Origin: an uncultured Spirochaetia bacterium
GTDB lineage: Bacteria; Desulfobacterota_D; UBA1144; Nemesobacterales; JADFKM01
Assembly (NCBI GenBank): GCA_964639895.1
Contig: CAZXEJ010000001.1
Span: 60,237 to 124,236, forward strand
Direction: 5' to 3'
Length of the DNA: 64,000 nucleotides
The notes beneath the pieces were generated by a model. That model ran no database searches. It was not told the origin of the DNA and saw only the letters and a list, made by a program, of their open reading frames with translations. Below are positions 22,221 through 33,611 of this stretch, piece by piece. The stretch's first letter is position 1. Each line of letters opens with the position of its first letter. Position numbers and translations under genes: made by a program.

Positions 22221-23222
22221 CTACCCCCTGCCCTGGGCGGCCTGCTGGAACACCCTCAGCCTCTCCACCTCGCCCATCACTATCAACGTATCTCCAGCCG
22301 ACACCACCGTCTCCATGTCCGGGTTGAACTTCATCGTACCGTCAGGCCTGATGACGGCCACGAGAATTATCCCCATTCTGCACGATATGTCGCACTCACC
22401 CAACGTCTTTCCGGCCAGCTCTGAACCGGCGGCCACCTTCACTTCCTCGATCTGCAGGTCCAGGTGGCTGGAGCTTGTGGCCAGCGAGAGGAAGTCCACG
22501 ACGTTCGGTTTCAGGGCCGAATGGGCTATCATCATCCCTCCCAGCCTGTAGGCCGAAACCACCTTGTCGGCCCCGGCAGCGAGCATCTTCGACTCCGAGC
22601 CCTCGCGCTCGCAGCGGGCCACGATGAAGAGGTCCGGGTTCAGCCTGCGGGCGCTGAGCACGACGAACAAGTTGTCGGCGTCGGTGCCGAGGACGGAGAT
22701 GAGCTTGCTCGCTCGCTCGATCCCCACGGCCTTGAGGACGGCATCGTCGGTGGCATCGCCTATGTAGTAGAGCAGATCCGTATCGGGCGGCACAACCTCA
22801 GGGTCCTTCTCAACGACGACGAACTTCTCTTCGGTGGGCTTGAGCTCAGACACAGCCACCTTGCCCATACGTCCGAGGCCGCAGACTATGTAGTGACCGC
22901 TCAAGCTGCTTATGGCCTTCTCCATCTTTCTCCTCCCGAAAAAGTCCCTCAGCTCGCCGTGGAGGACGAAACTCGCAAACACGGCCACCAAGTAGAGCGC
23001 CGTGCCGGCTCCGAAGGTGGCGAGCACTATGGTGAACACCCTGCCCGATAGCGACAGGGGATGGACCTCCCGAAAGCCGACCGTGGTGAGCGTGATGACG
23101 GTCATGTAGAGGGAGTCAACGAAACTCCACCCTTCTATCACCATATAGCCCGCCGTACCGAACCAGTTGAGCACGAACAAGATGACGAGCGGTACGAGGA
23201 ATCTTTGCTTGAACGCCTCCAC
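22221..23222 (-). CDS. potassium-channel-like protein with RCK (TrkA-N/TrkA-C) domains
   Basis: 2-TM pore domain with the filter-like sequence TLTTVGFREV, then the Rossmann motif GHYIVCGLGRMG and a TrkA-C region. Confidence 0.85.
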   Translation of the reverse strand: MEAFKQRFLVPLVILFVLNWFGTAGYMVIEGWSFVDSLYMTVITLTTVGFREVHPLSLSGRVFTIVLATFGAGTALYLVAVFASFVLHGELRDFFGRRKMEKAISSLSGHYIVCGLGRMGKVAVSELKPTEEKFVVVEKDPEVVPPDTDLLYYIGDATDDAVLKAVGIERASKLISVLGTDADNLFVVLSARRLNPDLFIVARCEREGSESKMLAAGADKVVSAYRLGGMMIAHSALKPNVVDFLSLATSSSHLDLQIEEVKVAAGSELAGKTLGECDISCRMGIILVAVIRPDGTMKFNPDMETVVSAGDTLIVMGEVERLRVFQQAAQGRG

Positions 23223-23984
23223 CTAAGTCTCTCCGGGACTCGACACTGGATAGATTCTACATCATATAATCTTTTCACATCTATAAAAAGACGAGAGGGC
23301 CCCCGCCGGAATGGAGATACGAGGGGCAAAGATCCGCTCACGCTATCTCTACAGCCCACGCGACCGCCACGGGACCCACAGGCTGGGACGCGCCCTATTG
23401 CTTCCTCACTTCTTTTTCTTCTACGGGCGCAGGGCTCACGCGACCTCCCTCACACCACAACGGGCAGGCCCATCGCTCATACGGCAGCAGGGCTTTGCTC
23501 ACATTTCAACCTCCCGTGCAGCGGTGTGGAGGAGCAGGTCGAGCAGCTGAGTGGCCCCACGAAGAAAAAGGGGGGCGCTCAACCCCAGGCTCACCGCCTC
23601 TATCACCGGGGGCGCCCACCCGTGCAGCCGGCGCCGAGGGGTGAAGGCACAGAGAGCACATCAAGGCGATAAGGGGCGGCCGTCACATTGCCTCCAAGGC
23701 GGCTGCCGAGGGGGGGGTGAAGGCGAAGCTCGATTCGCCCCTCACGCACTCCCGAAGCCGTTCTTCCTACCGCACCCCCTGAGCCGAGGCACGCTCCTCA
23801 CTCCGCCCGCTCCCACGGACCCGGTGGGGGATGCCGGAGCCCGCCCGTCCTCAATAGTCCTCCAAAGCCGCTCGCTTCTCAAACACTGGACCGCAACCGC
23901 CCTTTTCAGGCCAACCCGCAGGGCGAGTCGCCGGGGGGTAAAGCCCTTGGCGGCCGCAGTGTCAGGGAATGCAGGCCCCTTTTT

Positions 23985-23995
23985 TGTGATATAAT
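23985..23995 (+). promoter_or_regulatory. extended -10 promoter (TGTGATATAAT)
   Basis: TGnTATAAT consensus about 85 nt upstream of the acidic small ORF. Followed by a 9-bp perfect palindrome GAGGCGGCC-c-GGCCGCCTC in the leader. Confidence 0.35.
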
Positions 23996-24080
23996 TTCTA
24001 AATCCACCGAGGCGGCCCGGCCGCCTCAGGCGGGCGGCAAGGTGAGTCCCCCCGCGACAGAATTCAAGGAGAGTAGTGTG

Positions 24081-24260
24081 ATGGGCAGCCAAGGTATGGA
24101 GACAAGACGTAACCCTCTATGGCAGGAAGGTAACGGGGCCGAGCGCAGACGCATCGAGCCCTGGGAAGAAGAGGAGTTCGATGAACTCATGGAAGAGGAA
24201 GAGTATGAGGACGAGGAGGACGAAGAAGACTGGGACGACGAGTTCGATGAGGACCACTGA
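24081..24260 (+). CDS. small, extremely acidic protein (59 aa)
   Basis: AAGGAGAG Shine-Dalgarno 9 nt upstream of the ATG. Sequence MGSQGMETRRNPLWQEGNGAERRRIEPWEEEEFDELMEEEEYEDEEDEEDWDDEFDEDH. The tracked ORF starts earlier at 24042. Confidence 0.5.
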   Translation: MGSQGMETRRNPLWQEGNGAERRRIEPWEEEEFDELMEEEEYEDEEDEEDWDDEFDEDH

Positions 24261-24324
24261 ACCGTCCTCAGCCAGGGCGCTACCCTCCGGAGCGGTAGGG
24301 AACGGGAGGACAGGATAAGCTACG

Positions 24325-25164
24325 TCAAACCGGTCCCGGGGCGTTGAGCACCGTATCCACCACGAGGGCCGCCATTATACCCATCACATAGAGAATCGAT
24401 ACGCCGAAGGCGTGCCCGTAGCCTCTCTCCGTGCGTAGGCTCCTGGCCGTAGCCCAGACGAAGTAGCCTCCCAGCAGGAAGGCCCAGAGGGCGAAGAGGG
24501 CAGAGGCGTAGCCGAAGAACCACAGCGACAGCGTGATGGGGACGAGTGCCACCGTGTATATTAGCATCAAGAGGTTCGTGTACCTGGAACCGTAGACGAC
24601 CGGCATGACGGGGAGGCCGGCGGCCTCGTAGTCGCTCCTGTAGAGCTGGGCGAGGGCCCAGAAGTGGGGCGGCTGCCACAGTATCATGAACACGAACAGT
24701 ATGTAGGCCCCGAGCGAAGGCGTCGGGTCGACCGCCGTATAGCCTATGAGAACGGGAAGCGCCCCCGGAATGCCGCCCAGTACGGTGCCGAAGGGCGATT
24801 CCCTCTTCAGATAGAGCGTATAGAGAGGCGTATAGGAAAGGACGGCGAGCGCGATGAGCGCCGTCGCGACGGCGTTGAGGCGCAAGAACGACAACAGCAG
24901 CGCCGCCCCTATCATGGCGGCGCCCACGGCCGCGGCCCTGCGCTCGCCCACGGCGCGCAGCGCCTCGACACGCCTTGCGAGCCTCTTCATCGACACGTCT
25001 ATTCCGCGGTCGAGGACGTTGTTGAGCACCGCCGCCCCGGCTGCGCTCAACACAAGTGCCGCCATGGCCGCGGCCGCAACCCACGGGTCGGGCAAGCCGG
25101 AGGCGGCCACCACCAGCCCCGTAAAGCCTGTGAACGTGACGCTCAGCACTATGCCCGGCTTCAT
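24325..25164 (-). CDS. ctaB: protoheme IX farnesyltransferase (heme O synthase)
   Basis: 279 aa from MKPGIVLSVTFTGFTGLVV... The UbiA-family motif NNVLDRGID is present. The tracked 469-aa ORF has an out-of-frame-looking N-terminal extension. A GTG start about 18 codons upstream is possible. Confidence 0.9.
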   Translation of the reverse strand: MKPGIVLSVTFTGFTGLVVAASGLPDPWVAAAAMAALVLSAAGAAVLNNVLDRGIDVSMKRLARRVEALRAVGERRAAAVGAAMIGAALLLSFLRLNAVATALIALAVLSYTPLYTLYLKRESPFGTVLGGIPGALPVLIGYTAVDPTPSLGAYILFVFMILWQPPHFWALAQLYRSDYEAAGLPVMPVVYGSRYTNLLMLIYTVALVPITLSLWFFGYASALFALWAFLLGGYFVWATARSLRTERGYGHAFGVSILYVMGIMAALVVDTVLNAPGPV

Positions 25165-25246
25165 GAGCAGTACCAGCGAGCGCAGCAGACCGGGCGCCCG
25201 TTCGACCTCCTCCCCTACCACGCATTCCCCTCCCAGCAGATGTCCC

Positions 25247-26110
25247 CTATACAACACCGGCCTCAACCTCCATCGAACGGAACCACGCGTCGAACACGAC
25301 GGCCATGAACACCAACGCCACCACCAGGTGCAGCGCCACGGCACCCACGTCGGCACGCGAAAACACCACTCCAACACCGACCCCCACCTGCACGAGCACC
25401 AGGGCGAGCGCCGAGAAGAGGGCCGCCCGGAAGGGCCGCAGCGCGGCGTGGAACATCGAGGCCAGCGAGAGTACCAGCGTATAGAGCAACAACAGATACG
25501 CCCCCAGGCGATGTACGAAATGGTACAGCACCCCGCCCTTGAGCGTAGGGGGCACGACGTAACCCAGACACGTAGGAAACTGAGCGCCGCACGCCATGGC
25601 GGCACCGCTGTGGCGGACGTAGGCACCGAGCACCGACTGTGCCACCACCAGGAGACCCAGAACGAACAGGGGAGCGGACACAGAGGACAGCGAGAAGACG
25701 GGGACAAAACGACGGCCGTCAAAGTGTGCCACATAGAGGGTGAGGGCGAACATGGAGACGGCGACGGCGAAGTGCAGGGTTACCTCGCGCACGGGTATCT
25801 CGAGCAGGACAACCACGGCCCCGAGAAAGACCTGCAAGACCAAAAGACCCAACACCAGTGCGGGCACCAGACGCGACCACCCGCGCCACCGCAACGCCCG
25901 ATGGATGCAGAGTGCGACCAGTGCCACCCCGGTTACGGCCGCAAGCAGCCGGTGGCCCGTCTCCATCACGATGTCCCACCGCAACGGCGGCAACACGGAG
26001 CCGTAGCACAGGGGCCAATCCGGACACGCAAGGCCAGCCCCTATGCCGGCCACCACGTTGCCCCAGACCAGCAACAACATGAGCAGCAGGACGGTTAGTT
26101 TCCCCAGCAT
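25247..26110 (-). CDS. ctaA: heme A synthase (COX15/CtaA)
   Basis: 287 aa, 8 TM helices. Conserved Cys pair CPDWPLC near the N-terminus and His-containing helices. Confidence 0.85.
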   Translation of the reverse strand: MLGKLTVLLLMLLLVWGNVVAGIGAGLACPDWPLCYGSVLPPLRWDIVMETGHRLLAAVTGVALVALCIHRALRWRGWSRLVPALVLGLLVLQVFLGAVVVLLEIPVREVTLHFAVAVSMFALTLYVAHFDGRRFVPVFSLSSVSAPLFVLGLLVVAQSVLGAYVRHSGAAMACGAQFPTCLGYVVPPTLKGGVLYHFVHRLGAYLLLLYTLVLSLASMFHAALRPFRAALFSALALVLVQVGVGVGVVFSRADVGAVALHLVVALVFMAVVFDAWFRSMEVEAGVV

Positions 26111-26123
26111 CAGATAGCCCCGC

Positions 26124-26453
26124 TCAGTGGGTGAACGTCCCGCCGATCACGGCGGCAAGTCTCATGAACTCGTCTACGAGCGTGAAGCCTATGAGAAGCG
26201 CAAGCAGGGCAAGGGGGTAGACCACTATTCCCCACGTAAGGCGGTCCTCGAACTTAAGATGCATGAACCACAGGGCGACCAGCGTCGCCTTGAGCGACGC
26301 GATGGCCATGGCTATAACGATGTTGATGGCGGCCGCGCCGAAATCCTGCCGCGACGCCCATACGGTAAGCCCCGTGAGAACGAACAGCGACGCCGCCACC
26401 AAAACGTACGTCTTGTAGCTTACCTCATGACCGAGATGCGGTTGCGTTGACAT
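26124..26453 (-). CDS. ctaF: cytochrome c oxidase subunit IV (prokaryotic small subunit)
   Basis: 109 aa with 3 TM helices, immediately downstream of subunit III. Confidence 0.7.
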   Translation of the reverse strand: MSTQPHLGHEVSYKTYVLVAASLFVLTGLTVWASRQDFGAAAINIVIAMAIASLKATLVALWFMHLKFEDRLTWGIVVYPLALLALLIGFTLVDEFMRLAAVIGGTFTH

Positions 26454-26478
26454 GTGAGTATCCCCCCTTTTCGTATCG

Positions 26479-27093
26479 TCACGCCACGAGATATAGGAGC
26501 GGGAACAGGTAGATCCAGATGACGTCCACCAGGTGCCAGTAGAGCGCCCCGACCTCGATGGCCGTGTAGTTGTCGGCCGAGTATCGGCCCTTCAGATTGA
26601 GGATGAGCAGCACGAACAGTATGCACACGCCCACGAAGACGTGGAGCATGTGCAGACCGGTCATCATGAAGTAGAGGGCGAAGAAGATATTGGTACTCGG
26701 GAAAATACCGTGGTGGAACTTGGCCGAGTATTCGAGGTACTTGTTGAATCCGAAGACCAAGCCGCAGAGGATGGTGACGAGGAGCATCAGGGTGAGCAGC
26801 CGGCGGTTTCCGCGCTGTATGGCCGTAACCCCGATGGCCACGGTGAAGCTGCTGAAGAGGAGGATGAACGTGTTGATGGTGCCCAGTCTCAGGCTCAGCT
26901 CTTCGTGCCCTTCGAAGAACATCTCGGGGAACTTCGCCCGGAAGATGGCGTAGGTGGTGAAAAGCCCCCCGAACAGAAGGAGCTCAGTGGCTATGAACAG
27001 CCACATACCCAGCTTCATCGAAGAGTACTGGTCCTCTTTGGTGACGAAATGTCCGTCCGAATGCATTCGTGCCGCTTGGCTAGCTATCTCCAT
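26479..27093 (-). CDS. ctaE: cytochrome c oxidase subunit III
   Basis: 204 aa. Heme-copper oxidase subunit III helices (HHGIFPSTNIFFALYFMMTGLHMLHV). Confidence 0.92.
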   Translation of the reverse strand: MEIASQAARMHSDGHFVTKEDQYSSMKLGMWLFIATELLLFGGLFTTYAIFRAKFPEMFFEGHEELSLRLGTINTFILLFSSFTVAIGVTAIQRGNRRLLTLMLLVTILCGLVFGFNKYLEYSAKFHHGIFPSTNIFFALYFMMTGLHMLHVFVGVCILFVLLILNLKGRYSADNYTAIEVGALYWHLVDVIWIYLFPLLYLVA

Positions 27094-27111
27094 GCCGGCT
27101 TCAACCCTCCT

Positions 27112-28725
<1,614 letters not shown>

Positions 28726-28873
28726 GACAGTACCTCCCCTTGAAGTTGTGCTTCATGTATTCGGCTCCCGTCTCTCCTCCACCGGCCTATCTCATCATCG
28801 CCGGCCGAGACCCAGGCCCGCACCCCTCTCCCCCCACCGCAAGCGCCCCTTCACCTTGCGGACGTTACGGCCG

Positions 28874-29806
28874 CTACTTGAGCGTCTTGAGATAAGCTAT
28901 TATGTTGCCCACGTCCTCCTCGCTCAGCATCCCCTTGAACGAAGGCATCACCGGGGCGTATCCCTTCACCACCTTGGCCTGAGGCTCGTATATCGATTCG
29001 CGCACGTAGTTCTCATCCACAACGACCATAGTACCGTCGGCCAACTCCACCTCGTGTCCCCACATCCCCTTGAACGTGGGCCCGACGCTTGGGGCGCCGT
29101 CTACGGTGTGACAGGCGTTGCACCCCCTCTTCTCGTAGAGCTCGCGTCCCAGTTCGGCGGCGCTCTTGCCCCCTGGGGCGGCCGCCGCTGCTACGGCCCC
29201 TTCAAGCCAGCGGTCGTACTCCTCGGGCGCCAGCACCTTGACCTTCCCAAGCATAGCCGAGTGGCCCGCACCGCAGTACTCGGCGCAGTATATAACGTAT
29301 TCCCCTTCCTCGGTCGCCTTGAACCAGAGCGTCGTGTACATACCGGGTACCAGGTCCTGCTTGGTCCTGAACGCGGGAACGAAAAAGCTGTGAAGAACGT
29401 CGTCGGACGTCATGACCAGCTTCACCGGCACGCCGGCGGGCACGTACATCTCGTTGACGGTGCGCTTGCCGTTGGGATAGTCGAACTGCCACAACCACTG
29501 CTTGCCGCGCACGCTTATCTCCATCGCCCCCTTTGGCGGCGTCCTGAGATCGTGGAACACGACCAGCCCGTAGCCGAAGATGACCAGCACCAGCACCGTA
29601 GGCACCAAGGTCCAGACAACTTCGAGCGTGTGGTTGGACACCATGTAGGGGGTCTTCTCACCTTCACCACGCCGCCGGTAGCGCAGTGAGAAATATACGA
29701 GCAGCCCCGATATGAGAACGAAGAACACAAGGCAGATTATCGTCACGAACCAAAGCAGCTCATCCACCCTACCCGCGAAACTGGATGCTTCTGGAAGCCA
29801 ATTCAT
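28874..29806 (-). CDS. ctaC: cytochrome c oxidase subunit II, caa3-type with fused cytochrome c domain
   Basis: 310 aa. CuA site H..CAEYCGAGHSAM and a C-terminal heme c site CNACHTVDG. Confidence 0.95.
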   Translation of the reverse strand: MNWLPEASSFAGRVDELLWFVTIICLVFFVLISGLLVYFSLRYRRRGEGEKTPYMVSNHTLEVVWTLVPTVLVLVIFGYGLVVFHDLRTPPKGAMEISVRGKQWLWQFDYPNGKRTVNEMYVPAGVPVKLVMTSDDVLHSFFVPAFRTKQDLVPGMYTTLWFKATEEGEYVIYCAEYCGAGHSAMLGKVKVLAPEEYDRWLEGAVAAAAAPGGKSAAELGRELYEKRGCNACHTVDGAPSVGPTFKGMWGHEVELADGTMVVVDENYVRESIYEPQAKVVKGYAPVMPSFKGMLSEEDVGNIIAYLKTLK

Positions 29807-30673
29807 CTAGCCTTTCAATCCTCCACTAGTAGTTCCTTTCGTCTTCTTCTCCTTTCTTCCACCCCACACCAGGTAACCTATCATTGAGCCCACACCCAAC
29901 ATGGTGGCGACGCCGCCCGCCTTGAGGATGTTGTAGGCCGCCAGACCATACCTCCTGCCCACCGGATCGAAGTGGTAGCAGAACAGAAGGACCTTGTTTG
30001 CAAGAGTGGACTTCCCTATCTCTCCGCGGGCCGCCTCGGCCAAGGCAAGCCGAAAGTCGAAAGAGGGGAACTTGACCCCGTAGAGATAACGCACGATGGT
30101 TCCGTCGGGCGAGAAGACGGCCACGGCAGCCGGATGTGCAAACTGATCCCCGTCCTTGACGTAGTGGAAACCCACGGCGGCGGCCAAGGCATCGATCTCG
30201 GTCTGCCCCCCCGTAAGGAACAACCAGTCGTCCGGACCCACTCCTCTGTCGGACAACCTTTCGTATATGGCCGACGCCTTGGCCGCTGCGTCGCGGGGGG
30301 TCTCGGTGGGATCGATACTCACGTTGACCACCCTGTAATCCGCTCCGACCTCAAGCGACCGCAAACCGGCCACGGCATCGGCAATGCCGTCTATTATGAA
30401 CGAGCACAGGCGTGGGCAGCGGTAGTAGACCATCCCCAGCACCACCGGCCTCTTACCGTCAAAAAGCTCGCCCAGCCGTACCTTGATACCGTCTGACCGG
30501 GTGAACTCGAGTCCTGCCGGCACCCGTTGCCCGAGCTTCTCCTCGACGCCCACGTTGGCAAGGTCACGCGTGTCCTGGATGGCCAGCCCGCTCGATGGGG
30601 CGAACGCCACCGAGAGAGCGAACACTACGGCCTGCAACACTATTCCTGCCAGTGAGAATGCAACGGCTATCAT
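29807..30673 (-). CDS. SCO1/SenC family copper chaperone
   Basis: 288 aa. Thioredoxin-like fold with YYRCPRLC (CxxxC) and a downstream His. N- and C-terminal TM segments. Abuts ctaC with no gap. Confidence 0.85.
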   Translation of the reverse strand: MIAVAFSLAGIVLQAVVFALSVAFAPSSGLAIQDTRDLANVGVEEKLGQRVPAGLEFTRSDGIKVRLGELFDGKRPVVLGMVYYRCPRLCSFIIDGIADAVAGLRSLEVGADYRVVNVSIDPTETPRDAAAKASAIYERLSDRGVGPDDWLFLTGGQTEIDALAAAVGFHYVKDGDQFAHPAAVAVFSPDGTIVRYLYGVKFPSFDFRLALAEAARGEIGKSTLANKVLLFCYHFDPVGRRYGLAAYNILKAGGVATMLGVGSMIGYLVWGGRKEKKTKGTTSGGLKG

Positions 30674-31391
30674 AACCTCGGAGACCGGATCCGGCCGGGC
30701 CTACACGCCACCGACGGAGGCGAACCACTTCTTTCTAGGAAGGAATAGTAAAAGGCAATTATATGCACGAACTTCCTAGAAAAATTCAGCCTATGAGTTT
30801 AATCCATTTAAAAAGGCTGTCAAGACGCATTTTGACGCCTACCACGGGAGCCGCCGTGGGTCTACCGCCGCCGTAGATACGACGTGGCCGGAGCCGATTG
30901 GGGAGGATGTGGTTACAAGCGTGCGTACGCAGCCTTTCAGCACTCCGCTGGCGGCACCCGCCTGCACCGAGCCATGCCGCCTGGGTTGCAGCCACCCACC
31001 TCCTCCGGCAGACGCTCCTACCACCCCGACCGGAAGGAGCAACCGTGCAACGGCGCTCCCTCGGGCGGAGGGCAAGCCACCCGTATCGGGAACAACCCCG
31101 CGCCCGGGGACGTCCTCGACCCAGAGCGGCAAACCCTCAAAGTGGAACCATATGTCCCCGCGCCTGCGTACCGTCCCCTGTCGGGAGATCCATCACCGAG
31201 TATTTTCCTTATATTTCTTGTGCGACGGGCCAGTACGTCACCCACCGCACCCGGGGGGCGCTCCACTCAACCCATCCCGCCCCCTCCAGGCACAGTCGCG
31301 GCGGAAGCCGGGGGATTTGACAATGGCGGGGGTTCGTTTTAAAATATCGAGTTCAGGGGATAGGGGATGGAGGCGGACAACCACATGTCGC

Positions 31392-31466
31392 GGGCCCATA
31401 GCTCAGCCTGGTTAGAGCTCCCGGCTCATAACCGGATGGTCCCAGGTTCGAATCCTGGTGGGCCCA
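31392..31466 (+). tRNA. tRNA-Met (anticodon CAT), elongator-type; tRNA-Ile2 (lysidine) cannot be excluded
   Basis: Cloverleaf read by eye: acceptor GGGCCCA/TGGGCCC (7 bp), D-stem GCTC/GAGC, anticodon loop CTCATAA, T-arm CCAGG-TTCGAAT-CCTGG, discriminator A, CCA not encoded. G1:C72 is paired, so it is not an initiator. Coordinates may be off by 1-2 nt. Confidence 0.85.
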
Positions 31467-31649
31467 TTACGCAAAAAATCCGCGGGCTTTGCCGTTTATG
31501 TATCGCATGAGCGCAAACCGCCACACCGACAGCGAACAACTACCACCGACAGCCGTCCCATCCATACGACCGTCCTTCACCCGTTACCGCAGTGTAATTC
31601 CCTTGCTACAATCCCTCGTTCACACGACGTCGACGTCAAGGAGGACTCG

Positions 31650-32375
31650 ATGAAAGAAGAGCTCTATGCACTGGAGAAGCTTCAAAGGCTCGATCTGGAG
31701 TTGGAAGCATTGAACGAACGCCTTCAAACGTACCCCAAGCGCATGGAACAATGGCGCGGCGAGCTGGACGAGCTGGAGCGTTCTCTCGAGGCGTGGAGGG
31801 ACGAGCTCAAGCAACGCACGGCCGAGAAGTCTTTGAAGGAAATGGAGTTGATGGAGAACGAGGGGGAGATCAAGAAGGCCGAGGAGAAGCTGTTCGTAAT
31901 AAAGACCCACAAGGAGTACGAGGCTCTCGAGAAGGAGCTGGCCGAGGCCAAGAGGCTGGGCAAGGTGATAGAGAACGACATCCTGCAGGCGCTAGAGGCC
32001 ATTGAGCGGCTTGAGGCCAAGATATCCGAATCGGAGAAGGAGCTCGAGAAGAAGCGCGTAGAGCTCGGCGAGAAGATCGAGCAGGCCACGGCGGAGCTGG
32101 AATCGGCCAGGTCGGAATACGAGAAGAAGCTCGAGGAGAAGAAGCGGATAGCCTCGTCCATCGGGCCCGACGTACTGGCCCTTTACGAGAAGATAAAGTC
32201 GAGGAACGGCGTGGCCGTCGTGGCTGTCAGGGGCGAGGTGTGCCAGGGCTGCTACATGAACGTCCCCCCGCAACTCTACAACGAGGTCGTAACCATGCAC
32301 AAGCTCATCCAGTGCCCCAACTGCCAGAGGATCCTCTTCTACCACACTGAGGAAGACAAGGTTGCGACGGCCTGA
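31650..32375 (+). CDS. zinc-ribbon/coiled-coil protein (COG1579 / DUF164 type)
   Basis: Start MKEELYALEKLQ preceded by AAGGAGGA. Long coiled coil followed by C-terminal CQGCYMNV...CPNCQRIL (C4 zinc ribbon). The tracked ORF start at 31458 would overlap the tRNA and is rejected. Confidence 0.8.
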   Translation: MKEELYALEKLQRLDLELEALNERLQTYPKRMEQWRGELDELERSLEAWRDELKQRTAEKSLKEMELMENEGEIKKAEEKLFVIKTHKEYEALEKELAEAKRLGKVIENDILQALEAIERLEAKISESEKELEKKRVELGEKIEQATAELESARSEYEKKLEEKKRIASSIGPDVLALYEKIKSRNGVAVVAVRGEVCQGCYMNVPPQLYNEVVTMHKLIQCPNCQRILFYHTEEDKVATA

Positions 32376-32811
32376 CCCCCCCGGCGGCGACTCCCCTCCC
32401 GTGACGCTCATCTATACCGACGGTGCATCACGAGGCAACCCGGGCAGGGCCGGCATAGGGGTCGTACTCCGGAGCGACGGCGCACTGCTGGGGACGATAA
32501 AGGCCTACATCGGCATACGCACCAATAACCAAGCCGAGTACGAAGCCCTGATAGCGGCCCTCAAGAAGGCGCGTGAGCTGGGCAGCAGGCGCCTGCAGAT
32601 ATTTACCGACTCACAGCTGCTTGCCAACCAGGTAAACGGCCTCTGGAAGATCAAGGACCCCACGCTGAGGGGCCTCTACGAGAAGGTGCGCTCGCTAATG
32701 CGCGGCTTCGATTCCGTAACGGTCACCCACGTGCGGCGCGAGCTCAACAAAGAGGCCGACCGCCTTGCAAACGAGGCGATAGATGATTATATAGATAAGG
32801 TGGGCGAGTGA
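32362..32811 (+). CDS. rnhA: ribonuclease HI family protein
   Basis: 149 aa. TDGASRGNPGRAGIGVVL (catalytic Asp), EYEALIAAL, and a C-terminal ADRLAN Asp. 14-nt overlap with the upstream zinc-ribbon gene. Confidence 0.85.
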   Translation: MRRPDPPGGDSPPVTLIYTDGASRGNPGRAGIGVVLRSDGALLGTIKAYIGIRTNNQAEYEALIAALKKARELGSRRLQIFTDSQLLANQVNGLWKIKDPTLRGLYEKVRSLMRGFDSVTVTHVRRELNKEADRLANEAIDDYIDKVGE

Positions 32812-33189
32812 GTCGGATGGTCGCTCGTCCCTCGCTCCTTCAGGGAGCGAGCGGGCGGGAGGAAAGTCCGAACTCGGCAGGGCAGAGCGCTGGGTAACAC
32901 CCAGGTGCCGTGAGGCAACGGAAAGTGCAACAGAGAGCAGACCGCCTAAGTCCACCTCCCCCGCCGAGGGGGGCGTGGACCGGCAAGGGTGAAAGGGTAG
33001 TGTAAGAGACTACCGCACGGCGTGGCGACACGCCGTGGCTAGGCAAACCCCGCTCCGAGCAAGACCAAATAGGGGGACGCTTGAGGGTGGCCCGCCCGAT
33101 GTCCCCGGGTAGGTCGCACGAAGCGCCCAGCAATGGGCGCTCCAGATGGATGACCATCCTCGACAGAATTCGGCTTACAGACTCACTCG
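32805..33189 (+). ncRNA. rnpB: RNase P RNA, bacterial type A
   Basis: P1 helix CGAGTGAGTC...GACTCACTCG. GGAGGAAAGTCCGAAC (P4 5' strand). ...GTGCAACAGAGAGCAGACCGCC..GGCAAGGGTGAAAGGGTAGTGTAAGAGACTACC..GAGCAAGACCAAATAGGGG...ACAGAATTCGGCTTACAG all align with E. coli M1 RNA conserved regions. Followed by a T-run. The 5' end overlaps the rnhA stop codon. Confidence 0.9.
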
Positions 33190-33611
33190 TCCGTTTTTTC
33201 TATACCAGCGCACGTAAAAACCCGCCCGAAACACCTCGAAAGACACCGCCGACGTACTCTTCTATGCCGCATACGCAAGCGCACCGCACGTTGTGACCCA
33301 GCCGCCGTCGGCACTCCGGGCCGATCGTCTCCACGTAACCTCCCCACATAGCACAACCCTACTGTAGTACACCGGCGCCGGGGCATAACTTTAACGCTCG
33401 TGGAACGGACACGGCGGGACGCCGACGGTAGGAAAACGCATCCTAGGCGGGGGCGGTGATCACCTGTGGGGAACCATATCACCGAGCCCGCCCACGGCGA
33501 GACGCAGAACCGCTCCCGCGCGAACGCCGCGGCGACGCTCCCCGCGGTGGGACCATTCCAACCGCCGACCTCCGACGACCCTCGAGCGGCTCCTGCAACC
33601 GGGGCTCGGCC

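Noticed and set aside
24325-25734. 469-aa version of the ctaB ORF
   Set aside because: The N-terminal 190 residues (Cys/Trp/Arg/Ser-rich) overlap ctaA in another frame and look nothing like heme O synthase. The gene is trimmed to the MKPGIVL start.
31458-31649. Upstream extension of the zinc-ribbon ORF
   Set aside because: It would overlap the tRNA-Met gene. A strong AAGGAGGA Shine-Dalgarno precedes the internal ATG at 31650.
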